Shown in pieces: positions 37,031 through 46,302 of a stretch of DNA of 64,000 nt (within the stretch, counting starts at the first letter, position 1; the number at the start of each line of letters is the position of its first letter). Made by a program: the position numbers and the translations under genes. This DNA is from Candidatus Shapirobacteria bacterium (GTDB taxonomy: Bacteria > Patescibacteriota > Microgenomatia > UM-FILTER-40-11). The stretch is from contig JAGVBK010000003.1 in assembly GCA_020059745.1 (NCBI GenBank), forward strand, positions 68,492-132,491. The letters are read 5' to 3'. Under the pieces are notes generated by a model that had not been told where the DNA came from, did not search any database, and saw nothing but the letters and a program-made list of their open reading frames with translations.

Positions 37031-38172
37031 AGAAGTTTCTGAAAACTAACGGAGAGATATTAAAGTTTGTCTTAGTGGTTTTTTTAGTTTGGCAATGCGC
37101 TTTGGTCTCTTTGTCTTTTGTTGCCGACTGCCTGCCAAAAAGACATAATTTTCTCTATAATGACGGCCAAAGAAGGGTAAACCCAAGGTTTTTTTGGAAA
37201 ACTGCCAATTTTGACGGCATCCACTACCTTCACATTGCCAGAAATGGCTATGGAATGTATGAGCAGGCCTTTTTTCCTTTGTATCCAAACATTATAAAAA
37301 AGGCTGCTCCCCTTTTTGCCGGGAAAGATTTGGTTGCAAGTTTGGCTATCTCTAACCTTTCTTTTATTTTCTTTTTGTTTCTTTTTTACAAGCTTATAAG
37401 GCTCGATTTTAAGGATGATACTGCCCAAAAGGCAATTATCTTTCTTGTTCTTTTTCCTGCTTCTTTTTTCTTTGGCATGGTTTATACGGAAAGCTTTTTT
37501 TTGCTTTTGGCAATCGGGAGCTTTTATTCGGCCAGAAAAGGTAAGTGGCTGCTTGCGGGCCTGCTTGGGGCTTTGGCAGCCAATACAAGGCTTTTTGGCA
37601 TTTTCCTATTTCCGTCTCTTTTTTATGAATTTTTATATCAAAAAAGAGAAGAAAGGAAAAAACTTAGCTACCTGAATTTTCTGGCGATATCTTTAGTTCC
37701 CTTAGGGCTTTTGTCGTACATGAACTTTTTAAAACAAAAATATAATGATCCCTTAATGTTTTTTCACCTTCAACCTCATTTTGGGGCAGAAAGAAGCGGG
37801 GGAAAACTTATTCTTATTTACCAGGTTTTCTACCGTTATTTGAAAATGATTTTAACTACTTATTCTGACCCGCTTTACTTTGCCGTTTGGATAGAGCTTT
37901 TATCGGCGGTTGGTTTTCTGGCTTTGGGCTATTTTGCCTTTAAAAGAAAAATAAGAGCATCTTACCTTGTTTTTGCCTTGCTTGCTTATTTGGTGCCGAC
38001 CTTAACCGGCACTTTTTCCTCTTTACCCAGATATGCTCTAGTTCTGTTTCCCTGTTTTATTCTCTTAGGGACAATTAAAAATAAAATATTGGAAAGGTTT
38101 TTAATGGCAATTTTTGTTGTTTGTTTTATTATGGCATTACTCTTTTTCTACAGAGGTTACTGGGTAGCATAA
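37027..38172 (+). CDS. Polytopic membrane protein, GT-C-like (PIG-V/Gpi18- or DUF2029-like). Function unknown.
   Basis: 381 aa with about 9-10 TM helices and a conserved HYLHIARNGYGMYEQAFFPLYP loop. Confidence 0.4.
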   Translation: MKKFLKTNGEILKFVLVVFLVWQCALVSLSFVADCLPKRHNFLYNDGQRRVNPRFFWKTANFDGIHYLHIARNGYGMYEQAFFPLYPNIIKKAAPLFAGKDLVASLAISNLSFIFFLFLFYKLIRLDFKDDTAQKAIIFLVLFPASFFFGMVYTESFFLLLAIGSFYSARKGKWLLAGLLGALAANTRLFGIFLFPSLFYEFLYQKREERKKLSYLNFLAISLVPLGLLSYMNFLKQKYNDPLMFFHLQPHFGAERSGGKLILIYQVFYRYLKMILTTYSDPLYFAVWIELLSAVGFLALGYFAFKRKIRASYLVFALLAYLVPTLTGTFSSLPRYALVLFPCFILLGTIKNKILERFLMAIFVVCFIMALLFFYRGYWVA

Positions 38173-39441
38173 ATGAGAGCAAAACTTCACCGGCTTTTTT
38201 TAGACAACCTTCTTCTAAAGGGTAGTTTTGTGATTTTAATTGGTTCAACCCTGGCTAATTTTGGGGCTTATCTTTATCATCTTCTTATGGGCCGGTTACT
38301 TGGCCCTGTAGATTACAGCGTTCTTGAAAGCTTAATTTCTGTTCTCTACTATCTCGGCATTCCCATGACAGTTTTTGGGGTGGTAGTGGTAAAGTATATT
38401 TCCGGCGAAAAGGATTCTGAAAAGATTGCCAGGTTTTTTACTAAAATTTTAAACAAAGTAGCGTTGTGGGGGTTTTATGGCTTAATTATTTTTCTCTTAC
38501 TTTTTCCCCTTTTTAGAAATCTTTTAAAAATAGATTCTTTTTTGCTTTTTTTAGGTTTAGGAATTACTGCTTATTTGGGGGTGTTCAATAGTCTTTTTTC
38601 ATATTCTCTTCAGGGAGTGATGAAGTTTAAAGACTTAAGTATCTATAGCGTTTTTTCTTCTTGGCTTAAGCTCTTTTTTTCGTTAGTTTTCCTTTATTTT
38701 GGTTTTAAAGTTTATGGAGCTTTAATAGGTTTGCTCTTGTCTTCGTTTTTAGCATGTCTTTTTGGTTTAAATTTGGCAAAAAAATATATTAATCTTTTTA
38801 AGTCAAACAACATAAGCATTAAGGATTCTTTTGGTAATATTAGATCTTATTCTCTGGCTGTTTTTTTTACAAATTTTTCTCTTATTTCTCTTTTTACGGC
38901 TGATATTATTTTGGCTCGTTATTTTTTGCCTTCTGTTGAGGCTGGATACTATGCTTCGCTATCAATTTTAGGAAAAGTTATTTTTTACGCCTCTAGTCCT
39001 ATTGTTTCGGTGATGTTTCCTCTGGTCTCAAGTAAACATTCGGCCGGTGAAAACTACCAGAAATTATTTTGGATGAGCTTTTCTTTAATACTGCTTACGT
39101 CTTTAATTATTTCTATAATATATTTTTCTTTTCCTGAGCTTATGATTAACTTTCTTTTTGGCAAAGCTTATCTTGAGGGCGCTTCAAGCTTGGGACTTTT
39201 CGCAGTTTTTTTGACTCTCTACTCACTCTGTTCTCTTTTTCTTAACTTTTACCTCTCAATTTCCCGGACAAAAGCAATTTTTTTAGCAGGATTTTTTGCG
39301 GTTGTTCAGGTGATTTTAATTTTTTTCAACCACGGAAGCATTGGAGAAATTGTCAGGATAAATATTTTCACTCTTTCTTTATTACTGCTTGGACTTTTGC
39401 TTTTTTATATTAAAAGCTTTAAATTTAAACAATGCAGTTAA
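38173..39441 (+). CDS. Wzx-like oligosaccharide flippase of the MOP superfamily.
   Basis: 422 aa with about 12 TM helices. The N-terminus (LKGSFVILIGSTLANFGAYLYHLLMGRLLGP.DYS) is typical of polysaccharide biosynthesis / Wzx proteins. Confidence 0.7.
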   Translation: MRAKLHRLFLDNLLLKGSFVILIGSTLANFGAYLYHLLMGRLLGPVDYSVLESLISVLYYLGIPMTVFGVVVVKYISGEKDSEKIARFFTKILNKVALWGFYGLIIFLLLFPLFRNLLKIDSFLLFLGLGITAYLGVFNSLFSYSLQGVMKFKDLSIYSVFSSWLKLFFSLVFLYFGFKVYGALIGLLLSSFLACLFGLNLAKKYINLFKSNNISIKDSFGNIRSYSLAVFFTNFSLISLFTADIILARYFLPSVEAGYYASLSILGKVIFYASSPIVSVMFPLVSSKHSAGENYQKLFWMSFSLILLTSLIISIIYFSFPELMINFLFGKAYLEGASSLGLFAVFLTLYSLCSLFLNFYLSISRTKAIFLAGFFAVVQVILIFFNHGSIGEIVRINIFTLSLLLLGLLLFYIKSFKFKQCS

Positions 39442-40223
39442 ATCTTCTCTCGGTCATTGTTCCTGCTTACAAACAGGAAAAAACTATAATTAAAGACCTT
39501 AAAAACATAGAGTCGGTATTAACTCAGCTCAACTGTGATTATGAGATTATTTGCGTGGCTGACGGCAAGATAGATAAAACCTTTGAAAAAGCAAAAAAGA
39601 TTGCTTCTCAAAAAATTAAGGTTGTCGGTTACAGGGAAAATCGCGGTAAGGGCTATGCGGTAAGATATGGCATGGCCAGAGCCAAAGGCGAGGTGGTGGC
39701 CTTTATTGACGCCGGCATGGACATAAACCCAAGGGGGTTGCCGATGCTTTTGGAGCATATGAAGTGGTATGATTCGGATGTTATTGTCGGCTCAATCAGA
39801 CATTCGGCCTCAAAAGTTATAGGCTATCCCCTTAAAAGAAGAATTTTTAGTGTCGGTTACCACTTTTTAACCAGGTTTCTTTTTGGTTTAAGAATAACTG
39901 ACAGCCAAAGAGGGATAAAGATATTTAAAAGAGAGGTTCTTGAAAAGGTATTGCCTAGAATGATAGTTAAAAAATTCTCCTTTGATATTGAAATGTTAGC
40001 CGTGGCTTATCATCTTGGCTTTAAAAAAATTCATGACGGTCCGGTGGAAATGGATGCAAGAAAGTTTAAGTATTCAAGCATAAGATATACAACAGTAAGC
40101 TCGATGTTTATTGATACTCTTGCCATTTTTTATCGATTACATCTTTTAAGATACTATTCCAGTAAAAATAAAAGAAAGTGGGTGTATGACCCTGACTTGG
40201 ACATGAATATAAATATAGGATGA
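39432..40223 (+). CDS. Family 2 glycosyltransferase, polyprenyl-phosphate glucosyl/mannosyl-transferase-like (DPM1/ALG5-like).
   Basis: The N-terminus reads LSVIVPAYKQEKTI. A DxD-like region reads FIDAGMD. The overall length and spacing fit the GtrB/DPM1 group. Confidence 0.65.
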   Translation: MQLNLLSVIVPAYKQEKTIIKDLKNIESVLTQLNCDYEIICVADGKIDKTFEKAKKIASQKIKVVGYRENRGKGYAVRYGMARAKGEVVAFIDAGMDINPRGLPMLLEHMKWYDSDVIVGSIRHSASKVIGYPLKRRIFSVGYHFLTRFLFGLRITDSQRGIKIFKREVLEKVLPRMIVKKFSFDIEMLAVAYHLGFKKIHDGPVEMDARKFKYSSIRYTTVSSMFIDTLAIFYRLHLLRYYSSKNKRKWVYDPDLDMNINIG

Positions 40224-41248
40224 AAAAGCCAAAAGCCTCTGTTATCATTCCCGTTAGAACCATTACCCCTTATGTTAGAGAGACCGTTGATCATCTTTTA
40301 AGACAGACAGAAAAAAACTTTGAAATTATTGTTGTTACGGACAAAAAAGAGGAACTAAAAGGGGTAATGGTAATTGCCAGCGGCCAGCCGACACCTTCTT
40401 TTAAAAGAAATCTAGGAGCAAAGAAGGCAAAAGGAGAAATTCTTGCTTTTTTAGATGATGATTCTTACCCCTGCAAAGATTGGCTGAAAAACGCTCTTAG
40501 AATTTTTAATGATCGCTCACTGAGCGATCACCGGCCACTGACGGCTGTCTGCGGACCCACCTTAACCCCTCCTCATGATAATATTTTTCAGAAAGCTTCA
40601 GGTTGTGTTTGGTCTTCTTTTTTAGGCAGCGGAGGAGCAGGGGTTTACCGAAACAGGGTTAAAGAAAGGCGGGAAGTTGACGATTTTCCTTCAGTTAACC
40701 TTTTAGTCAAGAAAAAAGATTTTGAAAAAGTATCTGGTTTTGACATTAACCATTGGCCGGGAGAGGATACTAAGCTTTGCCTAGACTTAACTTCTTTAGG
40801 GAAAAAAATTATTTATGACCCTGGGGTTTTAGTTTATCACCACCGCCGAGCAGTTATTGTTCCCCATTTAAAGCAAATAAGCCGGTATGCTTTAAGAAGA
40901 GGACATTTTGCCAAAATTTTTCCCAAGACTTCCTTAAGGATCGGATATTTACTGCCTTCTTTTTTGGCTTATGGCCTTTTGTTTGGCTTGGGTGCTATTT
41001 TACTTTTTCCTTTTTTAGCTTTTTTTTATCTTTCCTTTCTTGCAATTTATTTTATCGCACTTTTCCTTACCGGCCTTGAGGTGCAGATTAGGGAAAAGGA
41101 TTTAAGAATAACTATTTTGACCATAATTTCAATTTTTTTGACCCATTTAGTTTATGGTTTTCTTTTTCCAATCGGATTTTTGCAAAAGGAACTTAAAACA
41201 GTGGCGCATCAAGTTGACGAAAAAAGAAAAGTTTATATAGGTGGTTAG
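40220..41248 (+). CDS. Family 2 glycosyltransferase with C-terminal TM helices.
   Basis: Contains ASVIIPVRTITPYV...IIVVTD...FLDDDS (DxD) and 3-4 C-terminal TM helices. Its stop overlaps the stop of the convergent minus-strand gene. Confidence 0.7.
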   Translation: MKKPKASVIIPVRTITPYVRETVDHLLRQTEKNFEIIVVTDKKEELKGVMVIASGQPTPSFKRNLGAKKAKGEILAFLDDDSYPCKDWLKNALRIFNDRSLSDHRPLTAVCGPTLTPPHDNIFQKASGCVWSSFLGSGGAGVYRNRVKERREVDDFPSVNLLVKKKDFEKVSGFDINHWPGEDTKLCLDLTSLGKKIIYDPGVLVYHHRRAVIVPHLKQISRYALRRGHFAKIFPKTSLRIGYLLPSFLAYGLLFGLGAILLFPFLAFFYLSFLAIYFIALFLTGLEVQIREKDLRITILTIISIFLTHLVYGFLFPIGFLQKELKTVAHQVDEKRKVYIGG

Positions 41249-43104
41249 TTTTGGGAAGAGATTTTGTTTAAAACTTCATTAATCCTCTGGTTTTCAGGGT
41301 CCATGCTTTTTGCCTTAAGAAGCGCCTCTTTTGCCTCGGAAGTTTTGCCCATGTTAAGGAAAACAATTCCCTTGGCAAAATAAAGGCCCGGGTTTTCCGG
41401 ACTTATAGAAAGGGCTTTGTCGAGAAAGGAAATAGCAGAATCAAAGTCTTTGTTTTCTGCATAAATGACAGCTAAGTTTTGATATGACTGCCAGAGGTTG
41501 GGATTTGCCTTTATCGCCTGTTCGTAATTTTGCCTTGCCAGGTCAAGTTTGCCCATTTGCAAATAGGTGTTGGCCAAGTTATGGTAGGCGTCGCCATAAT
41601 TGGGAAGAAGCTTTATGGCAGCTTGAAACTCTTCAACAGCTTTTTCAAATTCCCCTCTTCTTGCATAGAGGTCTCCAAGATTATTGTGGTTTTGTGGGCT
41701 TGAAGGCGAAGTTTTTCCGGCGGCGATCCAAAGAGTATCCTGATTTTTCCAATCCATATTTCTGTAAACAGTTCTTATGGAAAGAGCAGTTATTAGCAAA
41801 GAAAAAATTAGCCAAGAATAGAATTTATCTTTAAGTAACTCTCCAAGTTTAACGATTAAAACCGAAACAATGACAAAAATGCCAAGCGTACCAAAATAGG
41901 CGTATCTTTCGGCAATAATCCAGGAGATTTTTATTGGCGTAAGCATGGGCATGAGGCCGATAAAAAAGAAGGCAAGCCAAAAGGAGTAAGTTCTGAGCTT
42001 TTTGTTAAAGTAAGTGTAAGCAATGGCACCAAAATAAGCCAAAGTAGTAATTAGCATCATAATATAGCTTGACACAGAAAAAGCCAGCTCAGAGTGGTAG
42101 AGGGTAAGTTTTTGCGGCCAGAAAATAAGATAAAAATAATTGGCCATGGCGGTAGGAATCTGGGTTAGAGGATTGTATCGCCCTCCGTCCTGATAGTGAA
42201 CCGTTTTATGGATATGTTGAATGTTTTTCAAAGTTCCGCCGAAAACAATAAGTGAAATACAGATAAGGCTGATTAGGAAAAACGGAATCAGGATTTTCCA
42301 GTTTTTACGCAAATTCCCTTGCGTCAGTTCATAAAAAAACAAAATTCCCGGAAAAGAAACCGCTTTCTCTTCAGTAAAAAGGGCCAAAAGGAAAAAAACG
42401 ATGGAGAATAAATAATATTTAACCGGTTTTTTTTCTTTTTTGGAAAGCAAATAAGAGAGAAAAGAAAAAAGCAGGAAAAAAGTGTATTGCGAGTGGATGG
42501 CTCCCGATATCCAGGTTACCGCTTCACTTAAAAGCGGATGAACAGCAAAAAGCCCGGCAGACATAAAAGCTAAAGGAAAGGAGGAAAAAAGCAAAGAAAT
42601 GATTGTAAAAATCAAAAGAACCGAGCCTAGGTGAGTAATAATTCCAATCATTCTGAATACAGCCGGATTAAGGCCGCCGATTTTATAAGCTAGCGTTAAA
42701 GTAAGAGGTCTTAGAAAAGTAAAAACATTACGGTTGCCTACGAAAGCTTTGGAGAAACTCGATATTCTCTTGCTCTCTTTGATGGTGGCAATATCGTCGG
42801 ATAAAAACTCGTTATTTAGGGAATTAAAATAAACTCCGATAACCAGGAGCGAAAGAGCCAGCAAAGCCCACCAGTTTTTTTTAAAGAATTGTTTAAAGCA
42901 AAAAGCATTTTTTTCTTTTGTCTCGTCTTCCTTTTTTCTATGATTTTCACTTAGATATTTGCTAACCTTTTCTTCAGACCAGACTTCACTAAGATGATTA
43001 ATTATTTCGTTTTCATCAACTTTAAGTTTACCGGCAAGTTCGGAAAGCGAAAATTTTCTTAAATTCTTTTTTACAAATTTTTTTTGTGATTTGCTTAACG
43101 GCAT
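41245..43104 (-). CDS. TMTC-like protein: a GT-C-type TM domain followed by C-terminal TPR repeats.
   Basis: 619 aa. It has a cytoplasmic N-terminus, about 10 TM helices, then 5 or more canonical TPR units (NLGDLYARRGEFEKAVEEFQAAIKLLPNYGDAYHNLANTYLQMGKLD...). The architecture resembles the TMTC O-mannosyltransferase family with its PMT_2/DUF1736-like core. It is the only minus-strand gene in the window. Confidence 0.6.
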   Translation of the reverse strand: MPLSKSQKKFVKKNLRKFSLSELAGKLKVDENEIINHLSEVWSEEKVSKYLSENHRKKEDETKEKNAFCFKQFFKKNWWALLALSLLVIGVYFNSLNNEFLSDDIATIKESKRISSFSKAFVGNRNVFTFLRPLTLTLAYKIGGLNPAVFRMIGIITHLGSVLLIFTIISLLFSSFPLAFMSAGLFAVHPLLSEAVTWISGAIHSQYTFFLLFSFLSYLLSKKEKKPVKYYLFSIVFFLLALFTEEKAVSFPGILFFYELTQGNLRKNWKILIPFFLISLICISLIVFGGTLKNIQHIHKTVHYQDGGRYNPLTQIPTAMANYFYLIFWPQKLTLYHSELAFSVSSYIMMLITTLAYFGAIAYTYFNKKLRTYSFWLAFFFIGLMPMLTPIKISWIIAERYAYFGTLGIFVIVSVLIVKLGELLKDKFYSWLIFSLLITALSIRTVYRNMDWKNQDTLWIAAGKTSPSSPQNHNNLGDLYARRGEFEKAVEEFQAAIKLLPNYGDAYHNLANTYLQMGKLDLARQNYEQAIKANPNLWQSYQNLAVIYAENKDFDSAISFLDKALSISPENPGLYFAKGIVFLNMGKTSEAKEALLKAKSMDPENQRINEVLNKISSQN

Positions 43105-43157
43105 AGCTATTTTTTTAGTTTAGCAAAAGGGCAGAGGTCTGACAATAAAGAAAAAAT

Positions 43158-43200
43158 TTGAGGCAAACTTATGCTACAATTATGCTACTCAAACTATATA
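43158..43200 (+). promoter_or_regulatory. Putative sigma70-like promoter for the epimerase gene, in the divergent intergenic region.
   Basis: TTGAGG at 43158-43163, a 17-nt spacer, then TATGCT at 43181-43186. Alternative -10-like hexamers lie nearby. This is the only intergenic gap over 100 nt between divergent genes. Confidence 0.3.
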
Positions 43201-43208
43201 GAAAAAAG

Positions 43209-44237
43209 ATGAAAGTTTTAGTAACAGGAGGCGCAGGTTTTATCGGCTCACATGTGGTTGACATGCTTGTTAATAAAGGCCACGAGGTATTTAGTATTGA
43301 TGATATGTCAGGTGGGTTTTGGAGGAATATTAATCCTTCGTGCAAATTTGAAAAGATTAACTTAGTTGACAAAGAAAAAACTTCCGAATTTGTAAAAAAA
43401 ATACAGCCGGAAATAATTTTCCATTTGGCAGCCGACGCAACCGAGGGAAGAAGCCAATTTACTCCTATAAACTGCACGGAAAGAAACTATAACGCTTTTT
43501 TACACACTCTTGTCCCCGCTATAAAAACAAAGCGGCTTAAAAGATTTGTTGCTATCTCTTCTATGAGTATTTACGGTGCCCAAAAGCCTCCTTTTTCGGA
43601 AGAAATGAGACCCTGCCCTGAAGACATATACGGGGTTTCAAAAACAGCGATGGAAGAAACATTAAAAATTCTTGCCGATGTTTATGGCTTTGAATATTGC
43701 ATTATGAGGCCTCACAATGTTTACGGAATAAGGCAAAATATTGCCGATCCATATAGGAATGTGATCGGAATATTTATAAACCAACTTCTTGGCGGCAGAA
43801 AGTATTATATTTATGGTGACGGCAAGCAAAAAAGGGCTTTCAGCCACATAAATGATGTTGCTCCTTACATTGTCATGGCTGGTTTTTCAAAAAACTGCAA
43901 AAACGAGGTGTTTAATGTCGGCCCGAGTGAGGAATATTCGATAAACCATGTTTCTGGGCTTATTCTTAAAAGCTTTTTTGGAAGTTTAGATAAGGTCCCG
44001 GAGAACCAAAAGCCGGAACACATACCCGACAGACCGAAAGAAGTAAAAAACGCTTACTGCACTAATAGCAAAATAGTAAAAATAATGGGCTATAAAACAA
44101 GCATCGGCCTCGAGGACGGAATTGGAGAAATGATTGATTGGGCAAAAAATCTTGGTTATCAGAAGCCTCGTTATCTCCACGAGCTTGAGATTGAAAATCA
44201 GCTGACCCCTAAAACCTGGAAAGAAAAATTACTTTAA
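43209..44237 (+). CDS. NAD-dependent sugar epimerase/dehydratase of the extended SDR family.
   Basis: The Rossmann motif MKVLVTGGAGFIGSH is present, followed by a YxxxK catalytic region. I prefer the ATG at 43209 over the TTG-initiated ORF-track start at 43158. Confidence 0.8.
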   Translation: MKVLVTGGAGFIGSHVVDMLVNKGHEVFSIDDMSGGFWRNINPSCKFEKINLVDKEKTSEFVKKIQPEIIFHLAADATEGRSQFTPINCTERNYNAFLHTLVPAIKTKRLKRFVAISSMSIYGAQKPPFSEEMRPCPEDIYGVSKTAMEETLKILADVYGFEYCIMRPHNVYGIRQNIADPYRNVIGIFINQLLGGRKYYIYGDGKQKRAFSHINDVAPYIVMAGFSKNCKNEVFNVGPSEEYSINHVSGLILKSFFGSLDKVPENQKPEHIPDRPKEVKNAYCTNSKIVKIMGYKTSIGLEDGIGEMIDWAKNLGYQKPRYLHELEIENQLTPKTWKEKLL

Positions 44238-44238
44238 C

Positions 44239-45237
44239 ATGAACTTTGTTGAGTATTACAAAGCAGCAAGAAAAGCAACGGCCAAGTTTATCTTTTGGGA
44301 ACTTTATTGGACGGTTAGATTTCTTTCTTTAAAAAAATTTTTAAATTTAATCTTAATTTTTTATCAGGATCATTTAAGACGGTCTTTTGAAGTAAGGGGA
44401 TTTCCGGTTAAATTGACTATTGATCCTACGGCTAACTGTAATCTTCACTGTCCGCTTTGTCCTACCGGCCAGGGCAATAAAGGGAGGAAAAAGGGGCTGA
44501 TGAAATTAACCGACTTTAAAAAAATTATTGACGAAACAGGGGATTTTCTTTTAGAAGTGGATCTTTTTAACTGGGGAGAGCCGCTTTTAAATAAAGAAGT
44601 GTTTAAAATGATAAGCTACACGCACAAAAAGAAAATAAAAGCCAGAATAAGTTCGAACTTAAACTTTTTTCCTTCTGGTTTTGAGAAAGAACTGGTTAAA
44701 AGCAAGCTTCATCATTTGGTAGTTTCACTTGACGGAATTTCCCAAGAAACATATTCTCAATACCGAGTAGGCGGATCATTGCCTAAAGTTTTAGATTCAG
44801 TTAAAAAAATTGCTCTTGAAAAAAAACGGCAAAGCTCCCCCTTTCCTTTCATAACCTGGCAGTTTATTGTCATGAAACATAACGAGCATGAAGTAAAGGA
44901 AGCTAAGAAATTGGTAAAGGAGTGGGGTTTTGACAGAATAGTTTTTCAGAGAAACCGGGGAGATATGGGTAAAGAGCTTTTTAAAAAGGCAAAAAAGCAG
45001 TTAAAAACCTGCCATTTTCTCTGGAATCAGTCTGTTATTAACTGGAACGGTTCTGTTTCTCCATGCTGTCTTTACTATGATGAGAAATATGATTTTGGCA
45101 ATGCTTTTAATGATGGTTTTGCCGAAGTTTGGAATAACCAAAGATACAAAGAAGCAAGAAGGCTAGTAACTGAAAAGAAATGCAATGATAAAAACTTGAT
45201 TTGTTGGAACTGTATTAAAAATGGTTTTCCTGATTGA
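44239..45237 (+). CDS. Radical SAM protein with a SPASM/twitch C-terminal domain.
   Basis: A CNLHCPLCP motif (CxxxCxxC) follows DPTANCN. The C-terminus has a cysteine cluster, PCCLYYDE...CWNC. Confidence 0.75.
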   Translation: MNFVEYYKAARKATAKFIFWELYWTVRFLSLKKFLNLILIFYQDHLRRSFEVRGFPVKLTIDPTANCNLHCPLCPTGQGNKGRKKGLMKLTDFKKIIDETGDFLLEVDLFNWGEPLLNKEVFKMISYTHKKKIKARISSNLNFFPSGFEKELVKSKLHHLVVSLDGISQETYSQYRVGGSLPKVLDSVKKIALEKKRQSSPFPFITWQFIVMKHNEHEVKEAKKLVKEWGFDRIVFQRNRGDMGKELFKKAKKQLKTCHFLWNQSVINWNGSVSPCCLYYDEKYDFGNAFNDGFAEVWNNQRYKEARRLVTEKKCNDKNLICWNCIKNGFPD

Positions 45238-45266
45238 TTAATGTTTATTAACAATGAATAAATAAT

Positions 45267-46298
45267 ATGAACAAAAAAAATCCGTTGGTTAGCGTACTCA
45301 TTGTTAATTACAATGGCGGAGCGGTTCTTGATTCCTGTCTTGCTTCACTTAAAAAGACCGATTATCCGAATTTTGAGACCATTGTTGTTGACAATGGTTC
45401 GACAGATGAAAGCATTAAAATGATAAAAAAGAAATACAAATGGGTTATTCTTTCGGAAGCAAAGAAAAATCTCGGTTTTGCTGCAGGTAATAATTTTGCT
45501 TATAAATCTTCCGGCGGTGAATATATAGCTTTGCTTAATGGGGATACTGAAGTTGAACCCGGCTGGTTAAGAAAGTTAGTTGAATTCGCCCAAAAACATA
45601 AGGACGGGGCAGCTTTTGCCGCTAAAGTGCTTTTTTTCGATGATAAAAAAACGCTCAATTCGGCTGGCGGGCTTTGTGATTGGTATGGTTTTTCTCCACT
45701 AAGAGGAACTTTTGAAAAAGACGAAGGCCAATATGACAGTCCTGACATGGTTTTTTATGCCCATGGAGCCGCAATGATGATTCGCCGTGAGACAATAGAA
45801 AAGATTGGTTTTTTTGATGAAGACTATTTTATTTACCATGAAGAGCTGGATTTTTGCTGGCGAGCATGGATTTTCGGTTACAAGGTTTATTATGTTCCCG
45901 GATCTGTTGTCTATCACAAGTTAAAGCAAAGAAATTTTTATGCCCCGGAAAAAAGAGCGCAAAGGCAGTTCTTGGTGAAAAAAAACAGGATTAGCACTCT
46001 TATTAAAAACCATAAAAGCCTTTCTCTTCTTACAGCCTCCCTTTTAGTAAATTTTATTGTTTCTCTTGGTGAAACCGTTTTTTATTTATCTAAAGGTGAC
46101 CTGCAAACAATTAAAGGTACTTTTATGGCATACTTTTGGAATGTTAAGCATTTTAGAAAAGACTGGAAAAAAAGAAAGAGAGTACAGAAACTGTATATGG
46201 CAGATGAGGTCTACATCTTGAAGAGAATGAAAAGATTTCCGGTGGCAATTGACATTTTTAAAGGTATAATTTCTGGGAAACTATCTCTCCCTTTATAA
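45267..46298 (+). CDS. Family 2 glycosyltransferase of the rhamnosyltransferase-like subgroup.
   Basis: Contains VSVLIVNYNGGAVL...VVDNGSTDES...NLGFAAGNN...LLNGDT. Confidence 0.8.
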   Translation: MNKKNPLVSVLIVNYNGGAVLDSCLASLKKTDYPNFETIVVDNGSTDESIKMIKKKYKWVILSEAKKNLGFAAGNNFAYKSSGGEYIALLNGDTEVEPGWLRKLVEFAQKHKDGAAFAAKVLFFDDKKTLNSAGGLCDWYGFSPLRGTFEKDEGQYDSPDMVFYAHGAAMMIRRETIEKIGFFDEDYFIYHEELDFCWRAWIFGYKVYYVPGSVVYHKLKQRNFYAPEKRAQRQFLVKKNRISTLIKNHKSLSLLTASLLVNFIVSLGETVFYLSKGDLQTIKGTFMAYFWNVKHFRKDWKKRKRVQKLYMADEVYILKRMKRFPVAIDIFKGIISGKLSLPL

Positions 46299-46302
46299 AA
46301 TT

